DNA from: a bacterium
GTDB taxonomy: Bacteria; Patescibacteriota; Minisyncoccia; Phycocordibacterales; UBA5272
Length of the DNA: 64,000 nt
Assembly: GCA_023267595.1 (NCBI GenBank)
Contig: JAHFNB010000003.1
Span: 2,165-66,164 of the forward strand
Direction of reading: 5' to 3'
Part shown: positions 1-9,956 of the stretch, one piece after another
How the letters are laid out: each line of letters starts with the position of its first letter
Position numbering within the stretch: the first letter of the stretch is position 1
Made by a program: the position numbers and the translations under genes
The notes under the pieces: generated by a model
What the model was told of the DNA's origin: nothing
Seen by the model: the letters and a program-made list of their open reading frames with translations, nothing else
Databases searched by the model: none

Positions 1-1
1 G

Positions 2-3000
2 ACTGCACCAGTTGGGACTCTTTCTCAGGTTACTATAACTGGCGCTCCGACAGTTACAGCAGGTGCTACATCAATTAGGCGACAAGATGGTAGATATTTG
101 GTGCTACCAGGAGCAGCAAACAGTTCATCAATTTATGATCCTGTGTCAACGGGATCAAATGCAAGTGGTACATGGCTTACCTATTCTGTTGGATCATCTG
201 TTGCACTTGGTGATGCTGCTCAGGCTATATGGCGACAAGATGGCAAATATTTATTGCTAAATGGCAGTACAACAGATCTTACACTTATCGATCCAGGAGC
301 AAGCAGTGTTCTTCCTCAATTTACAGCACATGGAAGCCCTGTTGTACCTATTACTGGTGGAAAGACTGGCCCTGGACAGACTGCATTTATGTTGCCAGAT
401 GGTAGATATGCAATTGCTATAGGTGGAGCATCCACTACTCTTGCGCTCTATGATATAGGTTATATACGTGGTGGTGATGATGCCGGAGTAAAATTATCAT
501 CATACGAAACAGAATGTATTACAAATAGTAATATAAATGATCGCTCCACTATAAATTGGAACGCAAATTCTGAAGGATCTATTACGGTAAAAGTTAAACT
601 AGGGCAGGGAGCATGTACAAGTGTTTATAAAAATATAAATAAGAGTGGAGATTTAATCGGTGCAACATCTACTACAGACAGTATTCAGATAAAAGTATTT
701 TTTAAACGTAATCTTCCACAATTCTTAGATCAAGAATGGGGAATACGAAAGCAAGGTCTAGTTCGTTATCGAAGAAATAATGCTGACCCAGTATTGTATG
801 ATATATCAGTAGATAATGGTGCAGCATTTCATAAAACACAGTTTGATCTTGGAAATATTGCTTCTACTTCAACTGCATCGACTTCTGCATCAGGACCGGT
901 ATCTGTAAATATTGTTAATGACAAGACTGGTATGGCTATTGCTCTTGCAAATGGTATCGGTATTGGAAGTACTCAAACAACAGGTACTGGAGTTGGATAT
1001 TATCAAGGTGCATCACAATCACACAACGCACTTCAAGTTGCAGATGGAACAAGTACAATAGTAATGAAAAGACCAGATGGAAAATTTGTTATTATAACAG
1101 GAAGTAATACTACAAATTCTCAAATTTATGACCCAGATACAGAAGTATTTACCAATGAAGCAAATAAACCAACAACAAATATAGGACCTGGAGGAATTGC
1201 CTTCAAGCGCCCAGACGGAAACTTTTTTATAGTTATGGGTAATGGTACAAATGTCACGAATATATATGATCCTATTGCAAACATATATAGTGCCGGACCA
1301 AACCTTACCGGTACTGCAGGTAAAGGAGCACAATTTATCCCACTACCTACTGGTCGCGTACTTGTCCTTCATGGTAACTTCACTGCAACTACGACTATTT
1401 ATGATCCAATACAAAATGTAACAATATCTGGTCCACCAGTTCTTTCAAACAGTGCTACGCTTGTACAACCTGTAGGTGCTGGTTCTCTTGTTATTCCAAA
1501 TGCAGATGGCACGTTCTTTATTTCTACTGGAATGCTTTCTGAAAACTGTGCATCAGGTACAGCAGTTGGTTCTGCAATGTTATTTGATCCTTATAATATG
1601 GCATTTTCAAGTAGTACATCACTTGCATTTACTACATCAGGTCCAGGTCCAGGTGCATTTACTTTCCAAAGATCTGATGGTATTTGGGTTATAGGTAAGG
1701 GTATCTCACTTATTGGTTGTGCTCCACACGTTGTAGCCGCAGGTCTTGAATTATATAATCCTGTAACGAAACGTCTTGCTTCTGCAGGTACGTTACTTAC
1801 AACGACTCTTGGTTATGGAGCACACGCAGTGCCTAGACCTGATGGTACCTGGGCAATTTACCATGGTGCTAACATTGCTGGAGCCACGATGAACGGCTCT
1901 ACGACGATGAGTATTTATGTTCCAACGTTAGGTGCATTTATTACAAACGTCAATGCCCCAGCAGGTCTAATTATTCAAGGACCACCGGCATTTACCCCTA
2001 TTCATCAAGGGGCTACTTCATTCCAGCGTGATGATGGAAAGTTCGTAACAATTGCAGGTGCTGCTACAACATCAGCAGCAGGTGTTACGACAACAATTTT
2101 GTATGATGCTGGTTGGGTTTCAAAAGGAACATATAAATCAGAACAAGTAAATATTTCAGGAATGGATACTAACTCAACATTGGTTTGGAAATCAAACGGT
2201 GTACCAGGAATCTCTGCTGAAGTCCGCACTGCAGCCAACCAAGCAGCACTAGGTACTTCAACTCAACGTGATGTTGGAGTTTCTGGTGGATTAATTAATC
2301 CTGCAACAGGTGACACATGGTTCCAAGTAAATTTTAATTTCAAGCGTCAATTCCCATCATATGGAGGTATTTATACTGATGTGTGGTATGGAAATAGTGG
2401 TGGTAATATGCCAGCATCATCTAGAACAATACTTACTCCAACTGTTTATGAATATAAGGTTACAGAAGACAAGGATTTAATTAATTTACAAGCAGATGGA
2501 TTGTCGATGTTTAGAGTGAATTCAACAGGAGATGTATTTACTCAAGTGGGCGCGACGATTAATACTTCAGGTGCCGATCTTGCAGAACGTTATAAGTCGC
2601 GAGAGGTGCTTCAAAAAGGTGAAGTTGTATCTATCGACCCACAAAATAATCATGGTGTGAAGAAAACTGCGTATCAGTATCAACCAGATATGCTTGGAGT
2701 TGTCTCTACAGATCCAGGATTCGTAACTGGTGCATATACTGAAGATTCATATCCAATTGCTCTCATTGGACGTGTTCCAGTAAAAGTAACAACAGAAAAT
2801 GGGATGATACATACAGGTGACTACTTAACATCTGCAAGTGTTCCAGGATATGCAATGAAGGCATCTCTTGCTGGCCGTGTTATTGGTAAAGCCCTTGAGT
2901 CATTAGATGAACGTAAACTTACTGATTGTCCTACAAGTTCTATACTTGTTCCATACAGAAAATGTGGAACTGTTATGATGTTTGTGTCATTAATTGATTT

Positions 3001-4327
3001 TAATGGAGAGTCTATAGATGTTGCTATGAATGACTGGAAAGTAAAGCAGGCATCAATACAGGCTCTTGGTACTGATGCAGGACTTGATATTGCTACATCA
3101 TCTGAAAGTGCATTTGCAACAAATGATGTAGGTAGTCAGTTTATATTCTCAGATACTCGATCATCACAAGTAATGCAGTTCTTGATTGCATTACAAAAAG
3201 AAAGAGATGCAGGTTCAACATCAAAATCAGAAATCTTTGCCGATAGTATTAGTGCTACAGGAGAGGTTATTAGTCCAAAAATAATTACAACACTTATTGA
3301 AGCACGTAGTGGAAAGTTTGGCGTAATCGATGGTCTCTCTATTAATACAGGAACACTTGTTGCAGACACAGTTGTTACCAATACAATTAGTTCAACAAAT
3401 GGTGGTATCACAATGCAATTATTAGCAGACGGCAGATTAGTCCTTAAGAGAATGAATACTGCTTCTACAACTATATCTACCGCATCAACAACTGAAGGAA
3501 TGGTTCTTGGAGATGCAACATCAACAATGGCAACATCTTCTATAGAAACTGCATCAACAACAGAGGATATTATTATCTCATTTGATAATCAAGGTAATGT
3601 ATTCTTTGATGGATCACTTGTTGCAAAGAAAGTATCTACTGGAGCACTGGATGTATCTGGTACTGCAAAGTTCACAGGTGGTCTTGAGGTAACATCTATT
3701 GGTAACGCTAGTTCAAGTATGAATATCTTAAGTGATACATTCTTCTTTGGACGTCCATACTTTACCACAGATACTGGTGGAACTGCAATAATCAAGAAGG
3801 GCGCTGTACGTGTTGAAGTTACTTTTGAACGAGAATATATAGAAACACCAATTATCAATGCATCAGTTGTTTTTGCCACATCAACAACAGATGAACAAAT
3901 CAATTCATTCTTTAACGATGGTGTTCAATTTGTGATCACAAAACGTACAACACAAGGATTCACTATCCTCATTAATAAACCTTCAAGTAATGATATAGTA
4001 TTTAACTGGACCGCGCTTGCAGTTAAAGATTCAAAAGAGTTTACTTCAAAATCAGTTCCAGAAAATATTCCAGATATAACGACAAACACTATACCTACTC
4101 TGGAATCAGATAGTACCTCTACCCCAATAACAAGTACATCAACTGATTCTATTGTGCCGGATACAGCATCTTCTACAAGTTCAAGTACACCTGAGATCAT
4201 TCCAACAGCAATAGATACGAGTGAATCTATTTCTCCGGATATCTTAATTCCCATAACATCTCCACCCGAAGAAACCGAGGTCTCATCACCAGTTATCCCT
4301 AACGAAAATCCTGTTACAACACCATAA
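2..4327 (+). CDS. Giant surface/adhesin protein, 5'-truncated by the window edge: Kelch/galactose-oxidase-like beta-propeller repeats, a Peptidase_G2-like intramolecular chaperone domain and a Thr/Ser/Pro-rich tail
   Basis: The frame is open from nt 2 (TAPVGTLSQV...RRQDGRYLVLPG). It has repeated RxDG-hhhh-G...IYDP blades and the motifs ADLAERY..GEVVSID..GVVSTDPG..PIALIGRVPVKV..GDYLT..GKALE. Confidence 0.75.
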   Translation, partial: TAPVGTLSQVTITGAPTVTAGATSIRRQDGRYLVLPGAANSSSIYDPVSTGSNASGTWLTYSVGSSVALGDAAQAIWRQDGKYLLLNGSTTDLTLIDPGASSVLPQFTAHGSPVVPITGGKTGPGQTAFMLPDGRYAIAIGGASTTLALYDIGYIRGGDDAGVKLSSYETECITNSNINDRSTINWNANSEGSITVKVKLGQGACTSVYKNINKSGDLIGATSTTDSIQIKVFFKRNLPQFLDQEWGIRKQGLVRYRRNNADPVLYDISVDNGAAFHKTQFDLGNIASTSTASTSASGPVSVNIVNDKTGMAIALANGIGIGSTQTTGTGVGYYQGASQSHNALQVADGTSTIVMKRPDGKFVIITGSNTTNSQIYDPDTEVFTNEANKPTTNIGPGGIAFKRPDGNFFIVMGNGTNVTNIYDPIANIYSAGPNLTGTAGKGAQFIPLPTGRVLVLHGNFTATTTIYDPIQNVTISGPPVLSNSATLVQPVGAGSLVIPNADGTFFISTGMLSENCASGTAVGSAMLFDPYNMAFSSSTSLAFTTSGPGPGAFTFQRSDGIWVIGKGISLIGCAPHVVAAGLELYNPVTKRLASAGTLLTTTLGYGAHAVPRPDGTWAIYHGANIAGATMNGSTTMSIYVPTLGAFITNVNAPAGLIIQGPPAFTPIHQGATSFQRDDGKFVTIAGAATTSAAGVTTTILYDAGWVSKGTYKSEQVNISGMDTNSTLVWKSNGVPGISAEVRTAANQAALGTSTQRDVGVSGGLINPATGDTWFQVNFNFKRQFPSYGGIYTDVWYGNSGGNMPASSRTILTPTVYEYKVTEDKDLINLQADGLSMFRVNSTGDVFTQVGATINTSGADLAERYKSREVLQKGEVVSIDPQNNHGVKKTAYQYQPDMLGVVSTDPGFVTGAYTEDSYPIALIGRVPVKVTTENGMIHTGDYLTSASVPGYAMKASLAGRVIGKALESLDERKLTDCPTSSILVPYRKCGTVMMFVSLIDFNGESIDVAMNDWKVKQASIQALGTDAGLDIATSSESAFATNDVGSQFIFSDTRSSQVMQFLIALQKERDAGSTSKSEIFADSISATGEVISPKIITTLIEARSGKFGVIDGLSINTGTLVADTVVTNTISSTNGGITMQLLADGRLVLKRMNTASTTISTASTTEGMVLGDATSTMATSSIETASTTEDIIISFDNQGNVFFDGSLVAKKVSTGALDVSGTAKFTGGLEVTSIGNASSSMNILSDTFFFGRPYFTTDTGGTAIIKKGAVRVEVTFEREYIETPIINASVVFATSTTDEQINSFFNDGVQFVITKRTTQGFTILINKPSSNDIVFNWTALAVKDSKEFTSKSVPENIPDITTNTIPTLESDSTSTPITSTSTDSIVPDTASSTSSSTPEIIPTAIDTSESISPDILIPITSPPEETEVSSPVIPNENPVTTP

Positions 4328-4349
4328 TCTATGATAAAATTAAACGTAT

Positions 4350-4766
4350 ATGAAAACATCAGTTGCTATTAAATCTTCAAAAATTGTAAAGTTAGAAGAA
4401 ACGAAAACAAAATTACAGGCATTACTTACTGCAAAAAATGGAATGATTGTCCTTATCCTTGTTTGTCTTTTTTCTTTAGGATTTGGAATGTATTTTTATC
4501 AAAAAGCAAATAATAATCCACAAAAGATTGCACAACAAGACTTAGAAGATACTATTGCTGCAGTTGGTAAACTTATGGTTCTTCCAGTAGGGGAAGTTCC
4601 AACACTTGCAACTGTTTCAGATCCAGAAAAATTACGTGATCAATCTTTCTTTGCTAATGCAAAAAAGGATGACAAAGTCCTAATTTATAGTACTGCAGGT
4701 AAAGCCATTCTCTACAACCCATCATCAAATAAAATTGTAGAAGTTTCTCCACTGAAGAGTCGATAG
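4350..4766 (+). CDS. Single-TM membrane-anchored hypothetical protein
   Basis: 138 aa with one hydrophobic helix, then VGKLMVLP-EVPTLATVSD-FFANAK-DKVLIY-KAILYNP. Confidence 0.7.
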   Translation: MKTSVAIKSSKIVKLEETKTKLQALLTAKNGMIVLILVCLFSLGFGMYFYQKANNNPQKIAQQDLEDTIAAVGKLMVLPVGEVPTLATVSDPEKLRDQSFFANAKKDDKVLIYSTAGKAILYNPSSNKIVEVSPLKSR

Positions 4767-4824
4767 TCTACAAAGAATAGTTTATCCAGTTTATTTTTTG
4801 TAGTAATAGGGTATCATAGTAACT

Positions 4825-6168
4825 ATGAAATCTCGTTTAGGAATTATCTTATGTGGTATTGGTATTTCCTTCTGTATCCCAGCCATTTCCCTTGCACAAG
4901 AGTCTACATCAACATCATTTAAAATGTTTGACCCTGTGATTGCACCGGGTGGATTTGCTACATCTACAAGTTTTCAATTATGGAGCACACTTACGGAAAT
5001 TGCTACAGGATTTAGTTCATCAACACTTTTTCAACTCGGCGCAGGGTTTTTGCGATATCCACTTGTTTCTACACCTATTGTTTCTGCTACTGCAGGAGAT
5101 GCACAAGTATTTTTGTCATGGACTGCTTCTCAAGGGTTTTGGCATATCATGCCTTCTACGTATATGCTCGGACGATCTACTATTTCAGGTGGTCCATACA
5201 CATTTAGTTCAGTTGGTTTTGGTTCTACCGTTACCGGTCTTACAAATGGAACCACCTATTATTTCGTCGTGCGTGTTCATGATGTAGATGGAAATGTATT
5301 GGCAACGTCGACTCAAGTCTCTGCTACACCACAAGCAGCAAGTAGTGGCGGTGGAGGCGGTGGAGGCGGTGGAGGCGGTGGAGGCGGTGGAGGCGGTGGA
5401 GGCGGTGGAGGCGGAGGCGCTAGTACACCAACGGCAACTGCAGTTGTATTTTATGGAAGAGCCTATCCAAAAAGTATTGTAACGTTACTTAAAGACGCAC
5501 AAATTGCAGCAACTACAATTGCAGGAGCAGACGCAAATTTCCAGATAAGTTTGTCAGGTATTTCTTCAGGGAATTATATTTTTTCATTATATGGTGAAGA
5601 TAATAAAGGTTTGCGATCATCACTTCTTTCTTTTCCGGTAAGTGTGACGCAAGGTGCTACAACCCAAGTCACTGGTATTTTTATTACACCAACTATTGAT
5701 GTAGATAAAAGTGAAGTACGACAAGGAGATAACATTGCAATTTTTGGACAAAGTACACCTCGTTCAGAAATTATTATAAGTGTGCATTCTGATGAAGAAT
5801 ATTTCCAAAAAAAGACATCAGATAATAATGGTGCATATCTTTTTAATTTTGATACATCAGTTCTTGAAATGGGACAACATCAAACAAAATCGAAGACATC
5901 ACTTGATGGAGAAATTAGTGCTTTTAGCCAAGTGATTGGATTTTTAGTTGGTACGAAAAATGTAGCAGCACTTACAAAAAAGAAAATTTTAAAAGGAGAT
6001 CTTAATAAAGATGGAAAAGTAAACTTAATAGATTTTTCTATTGCTTCGTTTTGGTATAGACGTCCACTTTCAGAATCATTTAAAGCAATTGAAATAGAAC
6101 GTTTAAATGCAGATGGAAAAGTTGATTTAAAAGATTTCAGTATTATGGCATTTTATTGGACCGGGTAA
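4825..6168 (+). CDS. Secreted protein with an FN3-like domain, a poly-Gly linker, Ig-like domains and a C-terminal dockerin-like duplicated Ca-binding motif
   Basis: Signal peptide, GLTNGTTYYFVVR (FN3), 24 Gly, then GDLNKDGKVNLIDFS and RLNADGKVDLKDFS. Confidence 0.75.
   Translation: MKSRLGIILCGIGISFCIPAISLAQESTSTSFKMFDPVIAPGGFATSTSFQLWSTLTEIATGFSSSTLFQLGAGFLRYPLVSTPIVSATAGDAQVFLSWTASQGFWHIMPSTYMLGRSTISGGPYTFSSVGFGSTVTGLTNGTTYYFVVRVHDVDGNVLATSTQVSATPQAASSGGGGGGGGGGGGGGGGGGGGGGGGASTPTATAVVFYGRAYPKSIVTLLKDAQIAATTIAGADANFQISLSGISSGNYIFSLYGEDNKGLRSSLLSFPVSVTQGATTQVTGIFITPTIDVDKSEVRQGDNIAIFGQSTPRSEIIISVHSDEEYFQKKTSDNNGAYLFNFDTSVLEMGQHQTKSKTSLDGEISAFSQVIGFLVGTKNVAALTKKKILKGDLNKDGKVNLIDFSIASFWYRRPLSESFKAIEIERLNADGKVDLKDFSIMAFYWTG
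5347..5418 (+). repeat. In-frame 9-bp tandem repeat (GGCGGTGGA)x7 plus one variant unit, encoding 24 Gly
   Basis: Read directly from the sequence. Confidence 0.95.
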
Positions 6169-6172
6169 CTTT

Positions 6173-7042
6173 ATGAATCATTTTTTTAAAAAATTAGTAC
6201 TATGCTTTCTTATCGGTATGACATATATACCTGTTTTTGCTGCATCTATTACACAAAATGTGTCCTCTACATCATATATGGAAGGCGAAGAGTTTTTAGT
6301 TCGTTACACTATTGGAACAGATGGAAAGTATGTTAATACAGTAGACGGAACAATCACATACCCACATGATCTCTTGGAGGTACAAGAGATTAGAGACGGT
6401 AATTCTATTATCAATTTCTGGGTACAACATCCTACTATAGATATACAAGGGATATCTTTTTCAGGGATCATTCCTGGAGGATATCAAGGGGAAGATGCTT
6501 TCTTGTTTTCTGTTCTTTTTAAAGCAAAAAAAACAGGAAAAGGGACACTTGCAGTTACGAATGTAGAAATGTTAGAAAATGATGGCAAAGCATCAAAACT
6601 TCTGGTAAGAAGTAAGATACTTACCTATAGTATTAGAAAAAATGAAAGCAGTGTTCCACCAACTGTGTTATTTGTACAAGAGTCAACAATGCCTGAAGCA
6701 TTTAAAGCAGAAATAGGACAATCAAGTGATATTGCACACGGTAACTATTTTCTTACGTTTGCAACACAGGATAAAGGGTCGGGTATTAGCCACTATGAAG
6801 TAAAAGAAGGATTATTTGGTACTTATGCTACGGCAACAAGTCCCTATGTGTTACTAAATCAAAATCTTGATACAAAGATTTATGTAAAAGCAGTTGATAA
6901 AGATGGGAATGAACGAATAGAGGTTCTTTACCCACAAAATTGGCATCCATGGTATAGTAATTATATCATTAGTATCTTTATATTTGGTCTGCTATTTTAT
7001 CTCTATAAAATAGCAGAGGCGTACCTACCAAAGAGATTATAG
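6173..7042 (+). CDS. Cohesin-like domain protein with a signal peptide and a C-terminal TM anchor
   Basis: VNTVDGTITYPHDLLEV..GNSIINFW..ISFSGIIPGGY..LFKAKKTG..ENDG pattern and a hydrophobic C-terminus. Confidence 0.65.
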   Translation: MNHFFKKLVLCFLIGMTYIPVFAASITQNVSSTSYMEGEEFLVRYTIGTDGKYVNTVDGTITYPHDLLEVQEIRDGNSIINFWVQHPTIDIQGISFSGIIPGGYQGEDAFLFSVLFKAKKTGKGTLAVTNVEMLENDGKASKLLVRSKILTYSIRKNESSVPPTVLFVQESTMPEAFKAEIGQSSDIAHGNYFLTFATQDKGSGISHYEVKEGLFGTYATATSPYVLLNQNLDTKIYVKAVDKDGNERIEVLYPQNWHPWYSNYIISIFIFGLLFYLYKIAEAYLPKRL

Positions 7043-7061
7043 TATACTTATTCTATAATCC

Positions 7062-8093
7062 ATGACTTCTTTTTTGATGTATCTGAGAGAAAATAAGGCA
7101 TCTAGATTTTTTATAGGAGGTGTTATCGTACTCTCTTTTTTTACAGGTATTATTTTTGATGTTTTACTATTACACAAAGTATCTTTTTTTTACTCGAATA
7201 CAAAATGTCTTTCCAATTTAAAATTTGTTAATCCAGAACCAGAATGTGATTTGTATGAAGATAAATTAGAGAGAATGAATACCCTTCAGAATGATTTAGG
7301 GGTAAAAATTAATGGCTATATAGATACCAAACGTGCAACAAAAATAGCAGTATTCACACGAGATTTAAACTCTCAACGATTTGCCGGAGTTAACGATGCA
7401 GAGATTTTCTATATGGCATCTCTCCTTAAGGTTCCTCTTGCAATTGCATATTATCGTTTATCTGAAATTACTTCAGATATTCTTGACCAGAAGATAGTCT
7501 ATAAAGATGTTTCTGATACAGGTATGGAATATTCTTTTCAAAATATTCCTGATTCAAAAAAATTAGTGGAAGGAAAAGAATACACAGTTCAAAAACTTTT
7601 GTTTAATACCCTTGCATATTCTGATAACTCTACGGCTCAATTATTGTTAAATGGGTATATTTCTGAAGATTATTTGCAAAAAATATTGCTTGCTATTGGT
7701 TTACAGGTAAGTAAAAATGGAATGCCTGAAAATCTAGTAACTGCAAAATCATATGCTGGGGTATTTCGTATACTGTACAATGCTTCGTTTTTACAACGAG
7801 AGACGTCTAATGCTATCTTAAAGATATTGTCAGATAGTGGTTTTGCTAATGGTGCAACGAAAAAATTACCAAAGGATATTGTTGTCGCACATAAGTTTGG
7901 AGAAAGAACAATTCTGGATCCTGTTACAAAACAGGTTGTGTCACGACAATTACATGATTGTGGTATTGTCTATGCAAAGGATGGAAAAGAACCATACACA
8001 TTTTGTATTATGACAGAAGGAGAGGATTTTAAAGATTTAGAAACAATTCTACAAGATATATCACTTGAAATTTATCAAGGGATTGTCGAATAG
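7062..8093 (+). CDS. Class A beta-lactamase-like serine hydrolase, membrane anchored
   Basis: SxxK (ASLLK), SDN (YSDNS), KTG-like (HKFGE) and HDCGIVY motifs; N-terminal TM. Confidence 0.8.
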   Translation: MTSFLMYLRENKASRFFIGGVIVLSFFTGIIFDVLLLHKVSFFYSNTKCLSNLKFVNPEPECDLYEDKLERMNTLQNDLGVKINGYIDTKRATKIAVFTRDLNSQRFAGVNDAEIFYMASLLKVPLAIAYYRLSEITSDILDQKIVYKDVSDTGMEYSFQNIPDSKKLVEGKEYTVQKLLFNTLAYSDNSTAQLLLNGYISEDYLQKILLAIGLQVSKNGMPENLVTAKSYAGVFRILYNASFLQRETSNAILKILSDSGFANGATKKLPKDIVVAHKFGERTILDPVTKQVVSRQLHDCGIVYAKDGKEPYTFCIMTEGEDFKDLETILQDISLEIYQGIVE

Positions 8094-8224
8094 TAAACTG
8101 TTGAAAACTTTTACGTACATGAATATTTGTAACGTATACTAGTTGGTATGTAGAGATGCATCTTTTGTATGTATCTTATGCAAAAACTTTGAGTACATTT
8201 TCACCAACATTATTTTCATATAGA

Positions 8225-9922
8225 ATGATTTTGCGCATTTTTTTGTCATCTCTATTTTTTTTCACATCGTTACAAAGTGTAAGTGCTGCCAATCTTATTA
8301 TAGTGCCTAGTGGAGGATCCTATAGTGCAGGAAGTTCTTTTTCTGTGAATATTTCTGTGTCAAATAATCAAGATCCTATTAATGGAGTTTCAGGAGTTGT
8401 TTCATTTTCTACTGATACACTTGAACTAACTTCAATTTCAAAATCAGGATCCATAATGACCATGTGGGCAGAAGAGCCGACATTTTCTAATGCAACAGGA
8501 CGTGCTTCTTTTGAAGGTGTTATCTTTAATCCAGGATTTAATGGTTCACAAGGGAAAATTATAGCACTTAACTTTAGAGCAAAAAGAGCGGGTACTGCAA
8601 CAGTAACACTTACTGGTGGATCTGTGCTTGCTAATGATGGTAATGCAACAAATGTCTTAGGTACATTAGGTTCATCAACGTTCACGATAAGCGATGGTGT
8701 TGTAAAAGATACCGTAAAAGAGCCAACCACAACAAAAACAACATCAGGAAATACCCCTGTCATAACCTCATCGTCATATCCTGATAGTACAAAGTGGTAT
8801 AACTCAAAAGATGCATCATTTGCATGGACTGTATCATCATCAGTAACTGCGGTTCGAACTCTGTATGATGAAAATGAAGATGGTACTCCTAATAAAGTAT
8901 ATGATCCACCTATTAATAATCGTTCGTTTACTGTAGATGGTGATGGAGTTATGTATATGCATGTGCAGTTTAAAACTGGAGGCGGATGGGGAAGTATTGC
9001 ATCGTATAAGTTCCAAGTTGATACAGATGCACCAGAAACATTAAAAGCAACATTTCCTGATGGCACAATAACAACGAACCCTACTCCTGCTATTTTAGTA
9101 ACCGCGGCCGATAAACTCTCTGGTGTTGATCGTATTACTATGGCAATAGATGGTAGTGATCCTGTTACGTATACTATTGATCCATCTAACTTGTATCGTT
9201 TGCCAAAACAACTTTCTGGTAAACATACAGTTGTTATCGGTGCTATAGATAAAGCAGGAAACAGTAGTACAGTTTCACTTGAGTACACAATACAAACAAT
9301 AGCAGTGCCTGTTATTACACAATATACGAAACATATTGAACTTGGAGGAACATTGCATATAGAAGGGACAACCTATCCTTCTACTATTGTAGAACTTACC
9401 ATGATTGATAAAGAGGGTACTTCTCAGGTGGAAACTACAACAGCAGATGAATCAGGTATATTTACACTCTCATGGTCAAAGAAATTAGAAACTGGAATAT
9501 TTGATTTAAAGGCTCGTGCAGTAAATCAGAAAGGTGCTATGAGTGATTATTCTGAGCCAAAGACAATCGTTATTGATAACGTTCCTCTTATACGATTAGG
9601 AATATTTATTATGAATTGGTTATCTCTGGTTCTTATAGTAATTCTCGGATTAGTTGCTATTATTGCAACCTTCTGGTTCTCTTTCACACAATTTGGTAGA
9701 TTTAGAAGAAAAGTTCGCCGTACTATGCTTGAAGCAGAAAATACATTGAAAACTAACGTACAGGGATTGCGGCGAGATGTAGAAGAGTTCCATACACTTC
9801 TCATCAAAGCAGAACGTAAACGAAAACTTACCAAAGAAGAGCAAGCAATCTTGAAAAAGTTTAAGAAACGAATTGATACTATAGAAAAAGAAATAGAAAA
9901 TAAACTAGATGCTATAGGATAG
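8225..9922 (+). CDS. Cohesin-like plus Ig-like domain surface protein with a C-terminal TM and cytoplasmic coiled coil
   Basis: Signal peptide from M at 8225 (the ORF track starts at 8156); INGVSGVVSFS..SISKSGSIMTMW..VLANDG; TM then a charged helical tail. Confidence 0.7.
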   Translation: MILRIFLSSLFFFTSLQSVSAANLIIVPSGGSYSAGSSFSVNISVSNNQDPINGVSGVVSFSTDTLELTSISKSGSIMTMWAEEPTFSNATGRASFEGVIFNPGFNGSQGKIIALNFRAKRAGTATVTLTGGSVLANDGNATNVLGTLGSSTFTISDGVVKDTVKEPTTTKTTSGNTPVITSSSYPDSTKWYNSKDASFAWTVSSSVTAVRTLYDENEDGTPNKVYDPPINNRSFTVDGDGVMYMHVQFKTGGGWGSIASYKFQVDTDAPETLKATFPDGTITTNPTPAILVTAADKLSGVDRITMAIDGSDPVTYTIDPSNLYRLPKQLSGKHTVVIGAIDKAGNSSTVSLEYTIQTIAVPVITQYTKHIELGGTLHIEGTTYPSTIVELTMIDKEGTSQVETTTADESGIFTLSWSKKLETGIFDLKARAVNQKGAMSDYSEPKTIVIDNVPLIRLGIFIMNWLSLVLIVILGLVAIIATFWFSFTQFGRFRRKVRRTMLEAENTLKTNVQGLRRDVEEFHTLLIKAERKRKLTKEEQAILKKFKKRIDTIEKEIENKLDAIG

Positions 9923-9956
9923 GTTCCGTATATTCTAATGATATAATAGGTATATT

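Noticed and set aside
2-4327. Prophage, suggested by the tail-appendage-like chaperone domain
   Set aside because: There are no capsid, terminase, portal or integrase genes, and the neighbours are cellular surface proteins.
7062-8093. Bona fide antibiotic-resistance beta-lactamase
   Set aside because: It has KFG instead of KTG, no clearly placed omega-loop ExxLN motif and a membrane anchor. Activity cannot be inferred.
8368-9288. 306-aa minus-strand ORF and similar antisense ORFs (for example 3925-4359, 14044-14559, 49098-49697, 58560-58976)
   Set aside because: They lie opposite well-supported genes and show no motifs, so they are codon-bias shadows.
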